From Parcubacteria group bacterium (GTDB taxonomy: Bacteria; Patescibacteriota; Minisyncoccia; Phycocordibacterales; Phycocordibacteraceae), in NCBI GenBank assembly GCA_028286615.1, contig JAQBRG010000004.1, forward strand, positions 111,867 through 175,866: 64,000 nt of DNA. The letters run 5' to 3'. This document shows positions 54,652 to 63,559 of this stretch, piece by piece. Numbering within the stretch: the first letter of the stretch is position 1; every line of letters starts with the position of its first letter. The notes under the pieces were generated by a model that saw only the letters and a program-made list of their open reading frames with translations, made no database searches and was not told the DNA's origin. A program made the translations under genes and the position numbers.

Positions 54652-55494
54652 ATGAAAAGCTTCAAGCCAACCTCAAAAAGCCGCCGCTCAATGACCGTCG
54701 TAACGTACCGCGGCGTGCTTTCTGGCGACAAGCCACACAAGGCACTTCTTTCAACGAAGAAGAACCAGGCAGGACGTAACAACTCTGGACGTATTACCGT
54801 TCGTCACCAGGGTGGAGGCCACAAGCGCCGTCTTCGCGATATCGACTTTAAGTACGACAAGAAGAACATCCCAGCTCGCGTTGAGACTATTGAGTACGAT
54901 CCATACCGAACCGCATTCATTGCTCTTTCAGTATTCGCCGATGGAGAGCGCCGTTACGTAACAGTTCCTAAGGACATGAAGGTTGGAGACACATTCATGG
55001 TTGGAGAGAATGCACCTATTAAGACTGGCAACCGTCTTCCTCTCGCGAAGATTCCTTCAGGAACATTCATCTACAACGTAGAGCTTCGTGCAGGAGCAGG
55101 AGCACGCATCGCTCGTTCAGCTGGTATCTACGCTGAGATCATCGCGCACGACGCAGGATACGTGCAGGTTAAGATGCCTTCAACTGAAGTTCGCAAGATT
55201 TCTGAACAGGCATGGGCATCTATCGGTGTTGTTGGAAACGAAGAGCAGCGTCTCGCTAACTACGGAAAGGCAGGTAAGAGCCGTTGGAAGGGTATTCGCC
55301 CAACCGTTCGTGGTACTGCCATGAACCCGGTAGACCACCCACACGGAGGTGGTGAAGGAAAGCAGGGACGTGGTCTCCGCCGTGCCAAGAGCATGTGGGG
55401 CAAGCCAACAGGCAAGGGCCAGAAGACTCGCACTCCAAAGAAATACTCAAACAAGCACATTGTTTCTCGCCGAAAGGTTGGAAAGAAGGGCTAA
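54652..55494 (+). CDS. rplB: 50S ribosomal protein L2
   Basis: RHQGGGHKRRLR and GTAMNPVDHPHGGGEGK are L2 signatures. Confidence 0.95.
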   Translation: MKSFKPTSKSRRSMTVVTYRGVLSGDKPHKALLSTKKNQAGRNNSGRITVRHQGGGHKRRLRDIDFKYDKKNIPARVETIEYDPYRTAFIALSVFADGERRYVTVPKDMKVGDTFMVGENAPIKTGNRLPLAKIPSGTFIYNVELRAGAGARIARSAGIYAEIIAHDAGYVQVKMPSTEVRKISEQAWASIGVVGNEEQRLANYGKAGKSRWKGIRPTVRGTAMNPVDHPHGGGEGKQGRGLRRAKSMWGKPTGKGQKTRTPKKYSNKHIVSRRKVGKKG

Positions 55495-55496
55495 AG

Positions 55497-55530
55497 AAAA
55501 ACCCCGCAGAAGCGGGGTTTTCTTTTATAT
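55497..55530 (+). terminator. Intrinsic terminator after rplB
   Basis: AAACCCCGC-AGAA-GCGGGGTTT followed by TCTTTTATAT. Confidence 0.8.
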
Positions 55531-55537
55531 AGATAAC

Positions 55538-55566
55538 TTGACATATATAGAATTTAATTCTATATA
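55538..55566 (+). promoter_or_regulatory. Promoter TTGACA-17-TATATA whose spacer and -10 form a perfect 21-bp palindrome ATATAGAATT-T-AATTCTATAT
   Basis: The hexamers and the palindrome (55545-55565) lie 27 nt upstream of the AAAGGAGG Shine-Dalgarno site plus ATG of the 55593 ORF. Confidence 0.55.
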
Positions 55567-55592
55567 AAGGGCAGTCAACAAAGGAGGCTTTC

Positions 55593-55823
55593 ATGCCCGT
55601 TCTCATCGCAATCTCTTTGATTTTGTATATCGTCTTCGTGCTCTTTGTCGCCTTAAAGTCTGGATCGGTCACAATCGACGGTCGGGAAATCAAGGACCCA
55701 TTCCTTCGGGGTCTTATTGCGCTAGCCATCTGGCCGTTAATTGGCCTTGTTCTCTGGCTGATTGGTTTGGTTGGTGGCTTTTTGCTCTTACCGTTCGCTG
55801 CTTTATTCGGCCTTGTCCATTAG
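55593..55823 (+). CDS. Hypothetical small membrane protein (two TM helices) inserted in the S10 operon
   Basis: Strong Shine-Dalgarno site. 76 aa, with two hydrophobic helices. Confidence 0.5.
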   Translation: MPVLIAISLILYIVFVLFVALKSGSVTIDGREIKDPFLRGLIALAIWPLIGLVLWLIGLVGGFLLLPFAALFGLVH

Positions 55824-55895
55824 ACGAGAGCGCCAGAAGTCTCGTGGAGAAGCTTTGCTTCCGCGAGGCTTTTTCATTTAATAAGGATCAATATT

Positions 55896-56330
55896 TTAAG
55901 CGAACTCTCGTATGTTTTGTGCAATCTCTTTAAGCTCTTCTTGCGGGCTGATTGGCCTGTCGCCAGTTGGCCGGTATAGGAATTCTCTTGGTTCGTATTC
56001 GTACACACCGGCATCTCCTTCTTTTCGAGGCAGGACATGCAGATGGAAATGCGGTACAGATTGTCCACCAATCTTCTCTTCGTTCCATGCATAGTTAAAT
56101 CCTTCTGTGCCAAACACTTTTTGCATAGAGACCTTAATTCCTGCACGAAGTTGCTCAATAGCTTCGCGCTCAGCTTCAGTTAGTTCCTCGTAGTACTGCA
56201 CATGTCGAATGGGCGATATGAGCGTGTGCCCAGGAACGATAGGAATGTTTGTAAGGAACGCGAAAGCTAAATCGTTCTTAACGATCGTACGATCTTCTAA
56301 TTCCGCATTGCCACAGAAAGCACACTCCAT
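55896..56330 (-). CDS. HIT-family hydrolase (second paralog in the window)
   Basis: HFHLHVLPR is a histidine triad. The N-terminal CAFCG resembles a zinc-binding motif. Confidence 0.8.
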   Translation of the reverse strand: MECAFCGNAELEDRTIVKNDLAFAFLTNIPIVPGHTLISPIRHVQYYEELTEAEREAIEQLRAGIKVSMQKVFGTEGFNYAWNEEKIGGQSVPHFHLHVLPRKEGDAGVYEYEPREFLYRPTGDRPISPQEELKEIAQNIREFA

Positions 56331-56332
56331 AT

Positions 56333-57142
56333 TTATTGAACTTTATACCCAGGCTTCAGGATGTCTGAAAGCTGTGAGAGCGGAACAGGAAACTCAACAG
56401 TTCCAAGTACATACGGGCCAACGGCGTATGGAGAGAAGACAATAACGAGATTGTCACCCTCTACATAGAAGGTCTGGAAGCTCTCAACTACTGGCTTCGT
56501 ACCGTCTTCGATCATATCCATAGGCACTTCAGACACTGCTACCTGCTCGCGTTCAGCGATGATGCCAGGAAGCTGTGCACGAGAGATCTGGGAGAGCTTG
56601 GTTAGATAGTTTGCGCCTGGAACAAAGAGATTTCCAATAGCGAGGTTGATACCGGTTGAGGTGTCGAAGGTAAAGGAGTGATAGTAGGTGTTGGGGTGCG
56701 CTCCGAGAGTGTTCGCGTATATCTCGTAGAGATAGGTAATGGTGCTAGGAGACATGTGCGTGGTGTACGCGATGGTAAGTGCGTACTTGCGATCATCCTT
56801 CCCGATACCCTGCATATCAATATCTTCTTGAGTAAGATCATTTAGACCAGACTCCTTCTTAAAGGTATCGATAGTATCCGTTACCCACGCCTTCATAAGA
56901 GCAGCTGCCTGAATGCCCGCTCCGGCCTCGCTACTAGCTGAAAGAGCTGCAGCCTTAGGGAATAGTGCTCGAACCTCGTAGTACTGCTGAAGATCAATGA
57001 TTTGCTCGTTGTTCTGGGCTTCTTGCTCAGTACCTGTAGAAGTCTGCAACGCGGGAGCCGGGTGAGTGGCCATAAACCAAAGGGCAAGACCAAGAATAAT
57101 GAATGCGGCGATGCCAACCCCAACGAATTCCTTGTTTTTCAT
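56333..57142 (-). CDS. Membrane-anchored DUF3298/DUF4163-like protein (RsiV/PdaC C-terminal-domain family)
   Basis: N-terminal TM helix. The C-terminal PYAVGPYVLGTVEFPVP motif is characteristic of DUF3298. Confidence 0.5.
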   Translation of the reverse strand: MKNKEFVGVGIAAFIILGLALWFMATHPAPALQTSTGTEQEAQNNEQIIDLQQYYEVRALFPKAAALSASSEAGAGIQAAALMKAWVTDTIDTFKKESGLNDLTQEDIDMQGIGKDDRKYALTIAYTTHMSPSTITYLYEIYANTLGAHPNTYYHSFTFDTSTGINLAIGNLFVPGANYLTKLSQISRAQLPGIIAEREQVAVSEVPMDMIEDGTKPVVESFQTFYVEGDNLVIVFSPYAVGPYVLGTVEFPVPLSQLSDILKPGYKVQ

Positions 57143-57169
57143 ATAGAGATAAGTATATATCTAAACAAA

Positions 57170-57193
57170 GGACCCTGCGCGTGCGCAGGGTCC
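57170..57193 (-). terminator. Terminator downstream of the 57200-57766 ORF
   Basis: GGACCCTGCGC-GCGCAGGGTCC, followed on the minus strand by TTTGTTTAG. Confidence 0.6.
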
Positions 57194-57199
57194 GTACTC

Positions 57200-57766
57200 T
57201 TACATATGCCAGCAGATCATCTTATCGAGTTCGTCCGAAAGCAGGCTGCCGCCCGGGAAAACAAAGAACCAAATTTCCCAGGTTACTTGAAGTCGCTCAA
57301 ACATCTCGTGGACTTCGTTTCTTTCAAGAGCGCGGAAGGATTTTCTTGGATGCGGTTCAATTCCCACTAATTCATCGCTATCGATCGCTTCCCGTAACGC
57401 ACGGACAGCCAGCGGGATGCTTTGCTTAGAGACTCGCGATAAGCGCCACCCCAGCCACCTTGCCAGGCGCGAGTAATGTCGTTGCTGACGTCTGTCCCAT
57501 ACTGTGTTCAGTCGCTTGACGGCCTCGTCCTGTCGCTTTTCCAGGCTCGAAACCTTAGAAACGTGTTTAGTTAGCTTGTTATTTCGATCCGTAATCCGCA
57601 CCACCGTCTTGGACCGATGGCTAAAATCTCCAGTCTCAAGAGCTTCTCTGGAGGCCTGAATTACGTTACCTGCAGGTGGAAAGAACTCAATTTGGATGAT
57701 GTTTGGGAGTATATGCCCCATAACCGGTCTCCCTTTCTCATGAATGGACTGGCAAAACCCTAACAT
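57200..57766 (-). CDS. Hypothetical protein
   Basis: ORF of 188 aa (or a shorter version from MGHILPN). It is the first gene of a three-gene minus-strand cassette. Confidence 0.4.
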   Translation of the reverse strand: MLGFCQSIHEKGRPVMGHILPNIIQIEFFPPAGNVIQASREALETGDFSHRSKTVVRITDRNNKLTKHVSKVSSLEKRQDEAVKRLNTVWDRRQQRHYSRLARWLGWRLSRVSKQSIPLAVRALREAIDSDELVGIEPHPRKSFRALERNEVHEMFERLQVTWEIWFFVFPGGSLLSDELDKMICWHM

Positions 57767-57813
57767 AACGGCCTAAAGTTTGACACTTACCGCCATTTCG
57801 TATAGATTTTACC

Positions 57814-57840
57814 TATCCCGCCCAGCGGGCTTTTAACTAC
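57814..57840 (+). promoter_or_regulatory. rpsS leader hairpin plus U-tract, TATCCCGC-CCA-GCGGG-CTTTT, ending 2 nt before the ATG
   Basis: Same arm sequences as the rpsL leader hairpin. Preceded by a TTGACA-15/16-TATAGA promoter at 57780-57807. Confidence 0.5.
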
Positions 57841-57842
57841 TC

Positions 57843-58190
57843 ATGTCCCGTTCCCTCAAGAAAGGCCCATACGTCGACTTCAAGCTCCTGAAGAAAGTTC
57901 AGGACAAAAAGCCTGCATCTGCAGGGGTTATTAAGACGTGGGCACGTAACAGCCAGATCGCTCCTGAGTTCGTTGGATTCACATTCGGTGTACACAACGG
58001 CAAGCAGCACCTGGAAGTTCTTGTGGCTGAGGAGATGGTAGGGCACCGCCTGGGAGAATTCTCTCCAACTAAGAAGTTCGTTCGTCACGGAGGAAAGATG
58101 CAGAAGCAGCTTGAGCAGAAGAAGCAGCAGGCAGAAATAACCGCAGCTAAGGCTGCAAAGGCAGCTCCAGCAGCGCCTAAGAAGAAATAA
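57843..58190 (+). CDS. rpsS: 30S ribosomal protein S19, with an Ala/Lys-rich C-terminal extension
   Basis: [12 protein letters not shown]...[18 protein letters not shown] is an S19 signature. Confidence 0.9.
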   Translation: MSRSLKKGPYVDFKLLKKVQDKKPASAGVIKTWARNSQIAPEFVGFTFGVHNGKQHLEVLVAEEMVGHRLGEFSPTKKFVRHGGKMQKQLEQKKQQAEITAAKAAKAAPAAPKKK

Positions 58191-58191
58191 T

Positions 58192-58608
58192 ATGGCTTCT
58201 ACTGGAACACACCGACCGCCAGCTAAGGCTCGCAAAGAAGAAGCGAAGAAGCAGATTCGTGCTTCTATCGACACCTACAACCAGGCCCCTCGCAAGGTTC
58301 GTCTTGTGACCGACATGATCAAGGGCAAGCGCGTTGCTGACGCTATCGCTGCTCTCTCATTCCTTCCTAAGCGCGCATCTCTTCCAATCAAGAAGCTCAT
58401 CGAGTCAGCTGCAGCTAACGCAAAGCAGAAGGGAGAAGACGTAGACATGCTCCGCGTTGAGGATATTCGTGTAGACTCAGCAGGTATGCTCGTTCGATTC
58501 ATGCCTCGCGCTATGGGTCGTGCAGCTCCTATCCGCAAGCGTCGCAGCCAGGTGGTTATCACCCTCGGTATCGATCCTAAAGCCGTAGCTAAAGCTGCAA
58601 AGGCATAA
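58192..58608 (+). CDS. rplV: 50S ribosomal protein L22
   Basis: PRKVRLVTDMIKGKRVADAIAALSFLPKRAS is an L22 signature. Confidence 0.9.
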   Translation: MASTGTHRPPAKARKEEAKKQIRASIDTYNQAPRKVRLVTDMIKGKRVADAIAALSFLPKRASLPIKKLIESAAANAKQKGEDVDMLRVEDIRVDSAGMLVRFMPRAMGRAAPIRKRRSQVVITLGIDPKAVAKAAKA

Positions 58609-58614
58609 TTTTAT

Positions 58615-59295
58615 ATGACACACACCGTACATCCTTACGCACACCGCCTTGGCATCATCCGTGATTGGAAGAGCCGTTGGTTTGCTATAGACAAGAAGTC
58701 ATACCGCGAGAATCTTGCGGTTGACGCTGCTATCCGTGGCTTCCTCAAGAAGCGTCTTAAGGGTATGCACGTTTCAGATACTGAAATCGAGCGTTCTGCT
58801 AACGAAGTACGCGTTATTCTCCACACTGCTCGCCCAGGTCTCGTAATCGGTCGCTCAGGTGAGAACGCAACCAAGCTCCGCACCGAGCTCAACAAGGTTG
58901 TTCGCAAGATCGCTCCAGCACACGGACGTTCAGTGAAGCTCGACATCATGGAAATCCGCCAGCCTGAGACTTCAGCTGCGGTTGTTGGCCAGATGGTTGC
59001 CGAAGGACTTGAGAAGCGTATGCCGTTCCGCCGCGTTCTTAAGGGAACAGTTGAGAAGGTCATGGGTGTTCGCGAGGTTATCGGAATCCGCATCGTGGTT
59101 TCCGGTCGTCTTGGTGGCGCTGACATGAGCCGCACCGAGCAGATCAAGCGCGGACGTATTCCTCTTCAGACTTTCCGTGCAAATATCGATTACGCGCAAG
59201 TCGAAGCGCTTCTTCCGTACGGAATCATCGGTATCAAGGTTTGGATCTACCTAGGTGAGACCTTCGAGTCCAGCACGCCAGCTACCACAAAATAA
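58615..59295 (+). CDS. rpsC: 30S ribosomal protein S3
   Basis: The KH domain VIGRSGENATKL and the C-terminal domain GRLGGADMSRTEQIKRGRIPLQTFRANIDY are S3 signatures. Confidence 0.9.
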   Translation: MTHTVHPYAHRLGIIRDWKSRWFAIDKKSYRENLAVDAAIRGFLKKRLKGMHVSDTEIERSANEVRVILHTARPGLVIGRSGENATKLRTELNKVVRKIAPAHGRSVKLDIMEIRQPETSAAVVGQMVAEGLEKRMPFRRVLKGTVEKVMGVREVIGIRIVVSGRLGGADMSRTEQIKRGRIPLQTFRANIDYAQVEALLPYGIIGIKVWIYLGETFESSTPATTK

Positions 59296-59297
59296 TT

Positions 59298-59717
59298 ATG
59301 TTGTTTCCTAAAAAAGTTAAACACCGCAAGTGGCAGACAGGACGTAAGTCCCCTGAGAAACTCGCACGTCCTGAGACTCGTGGTATCACGGTAGCCTTCG
59401 GTTCGTACGGTCTTAAGGCCACAAGTCCTTCACGCGTTACTTCTAACCAGATTGAGGCCGCTCGTAAGGTTCTTACACGCGTAACCGGAAAAGGTGGTAA
59501 GCTCTGGATTCGCATCTTCCCAGACCGTCCAATCACCAACAAGCCTGCTGAGGTAGGCATGGGTAAGGGTAAGGGAGATCCTAAGCACTTCGTGTTCGAG
59601 GTACGTCCAGGACGTGTGCTCTTCGAGCTTGATGGTGTGGACGATGCTAAGGCACGGGACGCACTTCGCCGCGCTGGTGGAAAGCTTCCGCTTAAGACTA
59701 CGATAGTCACCCGCTAG
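59298..59717 (+). CDS. rplP: 50S ribosomal protein L16
   Basis: MLFPKKVKHRKWQTGR...GMGKGKGDPKHFVFEVRPGRVLFEL is an L16 signature. Confidence 0.9.
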   Translation: MLFPKKVKHRKWQTGRKSPEKLARPETRGITVAFGSYGLKATSPSRVTSNQIEAARKVLTRVTGKGGKLWIRIFPDRPITNKPAEVGMGKGKGDPKHFVFEVRPGRVLFELDGVDDAKARDALRRAGGKLPLKTTIVTR

Positions 59718-59727
59718 ATATTTACGT

Positions 59728-59922
59728 ATGGCAAAGAAAATTTCATTCAAAGAGAAGAGTGCAGACGAGCTAGCAAAGCTTCTTATGGAGAAGCGTGAAG
59801 AGCTTCGTACCCTTCGTTTCTCATTCGCAGGTTCTCGTGGCAAAGACAGCAATGCTGCAGGAAAGACTCGCAAAGACGTCGCTCGTATCCTTACGGAGAT
59901 GACCGCAAAGAAGATCGCATAA
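59728..59922 (+). CDS. rpmC: 50S ribosomal protein L29
   Basis: LMEKREELRTLRFSFAGSRGKDSN is an L29-like helix pair. 64 aa, in the expected position. Confidence 0.85.
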   Translation: MAKKISFKEKSADELAKLLMEKREELRTLRFSFAGSRGKDSNAAGKTRKDVARILTEMTAKKIA

Positions 59923-59930
59923 ACACTACT

Positions 59931-60179
59931 ATGGAAAACACTAACCCAAAGCCTCAGACCTTCCGCGGAACCGTTGTTAAAACGGCCATGAAGGACACGG
60001 CTACCGTTTCCGTATCTCGCTACGTGAAGCACCCTAAGTACCAGAAGTTCCAGATCCTCACGAAGAAGTTCCTCGTTGACGACAAGGGTAACACTGCTAA
60101 GGAAGGGGACGAGGTTACTATCGTAGCCTGCGCACCTATCTCTAAGCGCAAGTCATTCAAGATCGCCAAGGCCGATTAA
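59931..60179 (+). CDS. rpsQ: 30S ribosomal protein S17
   Basis: FRGTVVKTAMKDTATVSVSRYVKHPKYQK...GDEVTIVACAPISKRKSF is an S17 signature. Confidence 0.9.
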   Translation: MENTNPKPQTFRGTVVKTAMKDTATVSVSRYVKHPKYQKFQILTKKFLVDDKGNTAKEGDEVTIVACAPISKRKSFKIAKAD

Positions 60180-60190
60180 CTACCTTTACC

Positions 60191-60568
60191 ATGATCCAGA
60201 CCCAATCAATCGTAACCATTGCAGACAACTCAGGCGGTAAAATCGCTCGTGTCTTCAAGGTGCTCGGTGGCTCAAAGCGTCGCTACGCACAGATCGGGGA
60301 TGTGGTTGTGGCTTCTATCCAGACTGCAGAACCTCGCAAGTCAGTTAAGAAGAAGGACATCGTTAAGTGCGTGGTTGTTCGTCAGCGCAAGGCATACCGC
60401 CGTGCTAACGGCATCTACGTGCGCTTTGATGACAACGCCGTTGTTATCATCGAGAAGCAGGGAAAGGAGATGGGTCCTAAGGGAAACCGTGTCTTTGGTC
60501 CTGTACCACGCGACCTCGTCGACCGCGGATGGCAGAACATCGCATCCCTCGCACCTGAGGTTGTATAA
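60191..60568 (+). CDS. rplN: 50S ribosomal protein L14
   Basis: MIQTQSIVTIADNSGGKIARVFKVLGGSKRRYAQIGDVV is an L14 signature. Confidence 0.95.
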   Translation: MIQTQSIVTIADNSGGKIARVFKVLGGSKRRYAQIGDVVVASIQTAEPRKSVKKKDIVKCVVVRQRKAYRRANGIYVRFDDNAVVIIEKQGKEMGPKGNRVFGPVPRDLVDRGWQNIASLAPEVV

Positions 60569-60578
60569 CATTTGATAT

Positions 60579-60923
60579 ATGTCTAAAGCATCTAAAGGTC
60601 TCCAGACCGCAAAGTTTAAAGTAAAGAAAGGTGACGAAGTTATCGTTATCTCAGGCAAGGACAAGGGCACAACCGGAAAGGTTGCTCGCGTTCTTCCTCA
60701 GGAAGCCAAGGTTGTTATCGACGGCGTTGCTCTCGTTAAGCGTCACCTTCGCAAGACCGGTCGCGGCCAGTCTGGGCGCATCATTGAGAAGCCTCGTGCA
60801 ATCGCTATCTCAAACGTTATGGTCTATGACGCAAAAGAGAAGAAGGGTACTCGCGTTAAGCGCGTTCTCGCAGACGGCAAGCGTTCACGCGTAACCGTAA
60901 AGAGCGGCACCACCCTCTCGTAA
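60579..60923 (+). CDS. rplX: 50S ribosomal protein L24
   Basis: The KOW motif KKGDEVIVISGKDKGTTGKV. In the expected position. Confidence 0.9.
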   Translation: MSKASKGLQTAKFKVKKGDEVIVISGKDKGTTGKVARVLPQEAKVVIDGVALVKRHLRKTGRGQSGRIIEKPRAIAISNVMVYDAKEKKGTRVKRVLADGKRSRVTVKSGTTLS

Positions 60924-60933
60924 TCCTATATTT

Positions 60934-61476
60934 ATGTTGATTTCAAAAGAAAAACAGGCAAGCGCATTTGATGCACTCAAAGGACAGTTCGGTTACGCGA
61001 ACGTCTTCGCGTCTCCCAAGCTCGTAAAGGTTACGGTGTCTTCAGGCGTAGGTAAGGCAGACAAGGCTCGCAAGGCACTTGTTGAGAGCCGTCTCGCTCG
61101 TATCACGGGCCAGAAGGCATCAGCTCGTCCTGCTAAGCAGTCCATCGCACAGTTCAAGATGCGTGAAGGCGATATCGTTGGCTTCCAGGTTACGCTCCGC
61201 GGCAACCGTATGAATGACTTCGTAGACAAGCTCATCCACATCGCACTTCCTCGTACTCGTGACTTCCGTGGTCTTACGGCGACAGCAATCGACGAGATGG
61301 GTAACCTCACGATCGGTATCAAGGACCATACAATCTTCCCCGAGACTACAGACGAAGATCTTAAGGACGTGTTTGGTATCGCCATCACCCTCGTTACAAC
61401 CGCCAAGAACAAGGTTGAAGCTGAAGCATTCTTCCGCCACCTAGGCATTCCGTTTAAGAACGAAACTGAGGCATAA
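60934..61476 (+). CDS. rplE: 50S ribosomal protein L5
   Basis: PKLVKVTVSSGVG, GQKASARPAKQSIAQFKMREGDIVGFQVTLRG and DFRGL are L5 signatures. Confidence 0.9.
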   Translation: MLISKEKQASAFDALKGQFGYANVFASPKLVKVTVSSGVGKADKARKALVESRLARITGQKASARPAKQSIAQFKMREGDIVGFQVTLRGNRMNDFVDKLIHIALPRTRDFRGLTATAIDEMGNLTIGIKDHTIFPETTDEDLKDVFGIAITLVTTAKNKVEAEAFFRHLGIPFKNETEA

Positions 61477-61480
61477 GACA

Positions 61481-61510
61481 AACGGCCCGAAAGGGCCGTT
61501 TTGCTTTAGC
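61481..61510 (+). terminator. Intrinsic terminator after rplE
   Basis: AACGGCCC-GAAA-GGGCCGTT followed by TTGCTTTAG. Confidence 0.8.
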
Positions 61511-61599
61511 GGTTTTATAGCCATAGCTATTTGACAAGCTAGCTAATATTCAGTATTGTGATTTCAGACCCAATAACCAGCCCTTGAAAGGGGATACCC

Positions 61600-62136
61600 A
61601 TGACAGTTTCGTGTGATGCTGAATATGTATTCATCTCTCCTGACGCGATCCGTCTATCAGAACGTATGCGCAGTTTGGTCGAGGATGTTCAAAGCGTCCT
61701 CTGCGTTGAAGTGGAAGGGAAAAACTTAACGCTCAGGTTCTCTTTTGAGCGTGCGAACGAAGTAGGGATGAGCTCTGTTTATAGCATGACAAACGAGATA
61801 TTCGAGTTGGCAAAGATTCTTAAATACGCTGAGGAACAGCATCGTATTCCGCTTGACGACCTTCTCGAGTTCCTTCCGAGCGATAACATGACAGTCTCGG
61901 ACATGCGGAGTTCACTCGGAAGCCTGAACGAGAGAGTCACCAATGAGGTGGCTGGAATTATTGCCCATCGTTTCAACGAGAGCTACGTAACAGTTGAGGG
62001 ATGGAAAGATCGCGTGGAAGGCAGATTCTTGTTCGCTACAATAACCTTGGCCGGGCACGGCGAGGTGTTCGGTACCTTCGACAATGATTTTCCTTTTGAG
62101 GAAGCAGCCGTCTTGTTTGACGAAATAGAAAAGTAA
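61600..62136 (+). CDS. Hypothetical protein inserted between rplE and rpsN
   Basis: 178 aa. Preceded by a TTGACA-17-TATTGT promoter-like element. A terminator lies downstream. Confidence 0.5.
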   Translation: MTVSCDAEYVFISPDAIRLSERMRSLVEDVQSVLCVEVEGKNLTLRFSFERANEVGMSSVYSMTNEIFELAKILKYAEEQHRIPLDDLLEFLPSDNMTVSDMRSSLGSLNERVTNEVAGIIAHRFNESYVTVEGWKDRVEGRFLFATITLAGHGEVFGTFDNDFPFEEAAVLFDEIEK

Positions 62137-62151
62137 GAAGCATCTTATTCA

Positions 62152-62188
62152 ATGCCCTGCGGGAAAACCGCAGGGCATGGTTATTTTC
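62152..62188 (+). terminator. Intrinsic terminator
   Basis: ATGCCCTGCGG-GAAAA-CCGCAGGGCAT followed by GGTTATTTTCG. Confidence 0.75.
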
Positions 62189-62270
62189 GTCCCTATGGCC
62201 GGCGTTTGTTTGACAGATGCATCCTAAAAGTGTTTGATGCGCATAGATACAGCAAAGAAGGGAACTACCT

Positions 62271-62738
62271 ATGCAAGCGACTCTCGCGCGGCCGAGCCTC
62301 AAACTCGTGTCTTGGTGCCATCTGAAGCCGGTGACGATCAAGATCGAACAGCATGTTCCGGTCGATCCACGAATCTTCCCTGCGGCCCAGGAGGGGTTTG
62401 ATGACTTCTCCATGGCGTCTCAGGTCTCATATTTCGGCTATAAAATGGGGCTCGTCGACATCTCGGGCCTTACGCACGAGGAGGTGAAGGAGCGGGTTAA
62501 AATCGATTTTGATTACGGGCATTCGACATCGGCAGTCGAATTTCTTAGGTGTCTCGAGTTCATTCAGTCGGAGCACTGCACGCCTTTCCCGTTCGAGCGC
62601 ATCGCCGCGTATCCGGTAGGGAGCGAGCCTGTGGCCGCAGTACGCATCGAAAATGGCTTCAAACGTGTCCCGTGTCCCGATCCAGAGACCCTCTGGGAGC
62701 CCGGCACACTTGGCCTGTTCAACGTCCCAGACCTTTAG
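62271..62738 (+). CDS. Hypothetical protein (elevated GC), inserted upstream of rpsN
   Basis: 155 aa. A GCGGGG-type hairpin with TCTTGTCTT lies downstream on the + strand. A competing 111-aa ORF on the minus strand was rejected. Confidence 0.4.
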   Translation: MQATLARPSLKLVSWCHLKPVTIKIEQHVPVDPRIFPAAQEGFDDFSMASQVSYFGYKMGLVDISGLTHEEVKERVKIDFDYGHSTSAVEFLRCLEFIQSEHCTPFPFERIAAYPVGSEPVAAVRIENGFKRVPCPDPETLWEPGTLGLFNVPDL

Positions 62739-62814
62739 TCCAAGTATCCAAGGCCCCGCCAAGCGGGGTCTTGTCTTAATTTCACAGAAAGTAATGCGAC
62801 TGACCAGCCTAGGT

Positions 62815-62843
62815 TTGACAGCCTACTTCCTAGCTGATAGATT
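62815..62843 (+). promoter_or_regulatory. Promoter TTGACA-17-TAGATT upstream of rpsN
   Basis: The hexamers lie 30 nt upstream of the rpsN ATG. Confidence 0.5.
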
Positions 62844-62874
62844 ACTTGAACGGCTCCCCGGAGCTATTTTTCTT

Positions 62875-63144
62875 ATGGCAAAAGCATCCCAAATCGCCCG
62901 CAACAACAAGCGCATCAAGCTTGTTGCAAAGTACGCTGTTAAGCGTGCTGCTCTTAAGGCTGCGGGGGATTCAGTGGGTCTTCAGAAGCTTCCCAAGAAC
63001 TCTTCACCAGTACGTGTAAACAACCGCTGTGCCGTAACCGGCCGCCAGCGCGGATACATGCGTCCTTTCGGACTTTCTCGCATCACGTTCCGCGAACTCG
63101 CACGTGAGGGAAAGATCCCAGGTGTTAAGAAGGCTTCTTGGTAA
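62875..63144 (+). CDS. rpsN: 30S ribosomal protein S14 (long, non-zinc form)
   Basis: [29 protein letters not shown]...[39 protein letters not shown] is an S14 signature. It has only a single Cys, so it is not the Zn-ribbon type Z. Confidence 0.85.
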   Translation: MAKASQIARNNKRIKLVAKYAVKRAALKAAGDSVGLQKLPKNSSPVRVNNRCAVTGRQRGYMRPFGLSRITFRELAREGKIPGVKKASW

Positions 63145-63154
63145 TTTACGTACT

Positions 63155-63544
63155 ATGGTTACTGACCGCGTTGGAGATTTCATCATCCGTCTTAAGAATG
63201 CAGGAGCTATTAACAAAGCTTCGGTGTCTGTTCCGTACTCAAAGCATGTTGAAGAGATCGCAAACAAGCTTAAGTCTCTTGGCTACGTAGCTAACGTTGG
63301 AAAGAGCAAAGAGCCTTACATGTTTGAAGTTGCTCTCGCGTACGACGAACGTGGACAGCACAAGATCCGCGGCGTGAAGCGTGTTTCAAAGCCAGGTCGT
63401 CGTCTCTACATTCCTTCAACTGATGCACACACAGTGAAGAATGGTCTTGGTGCTCGTCTTATCTCAACTCCTCGTGGAGTTCTTACTGACTCAGAAGCTC
63501 GCAAGGTCCGTGCTGGCGGCGAGAATCTCTTTGAGATCTGGTAG
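63155..63544 (+). CDS. rpsH: 30S ribosomal protein S8
   Basis: MVTDRVGDFIIRLKNA...GLGARLISTPRGVLTDSEARKVRAGGENLFEIW is an S8 signature. Confidence 0.9.
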   Translation: MVTDRVGDFIIRLKNAGAINKASVSVPYSKHVEEIANKLKSLGYVANVGKSKEPYMFEVALAYDERGQHKIRGVKRVSKPGRRLYIPSTDAHTVKNGLGARLISTPRGVLTDSEARKVRAGGENLFEIW

Positions 63545-63559
63545 TTTCATTTCTGTACT

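Noticed and set aside
59430-60032. 200-aa minus-strand ORF spanning rplP, rpmC and rpsQ
   Set aside because: It is antisense to three strongly supported r-protein genes, has no start or Shine-Dalgarno context, and has a low-complexity sequence.
62427-62762. 111-aa minus-strand ORF competing with the 62271-62738 + ORF
   Set aside because: The terminator hairpin plus T-tract at 62752-62778 is oriented for the + strand, and the + ORF is longer. Both are low confidence.
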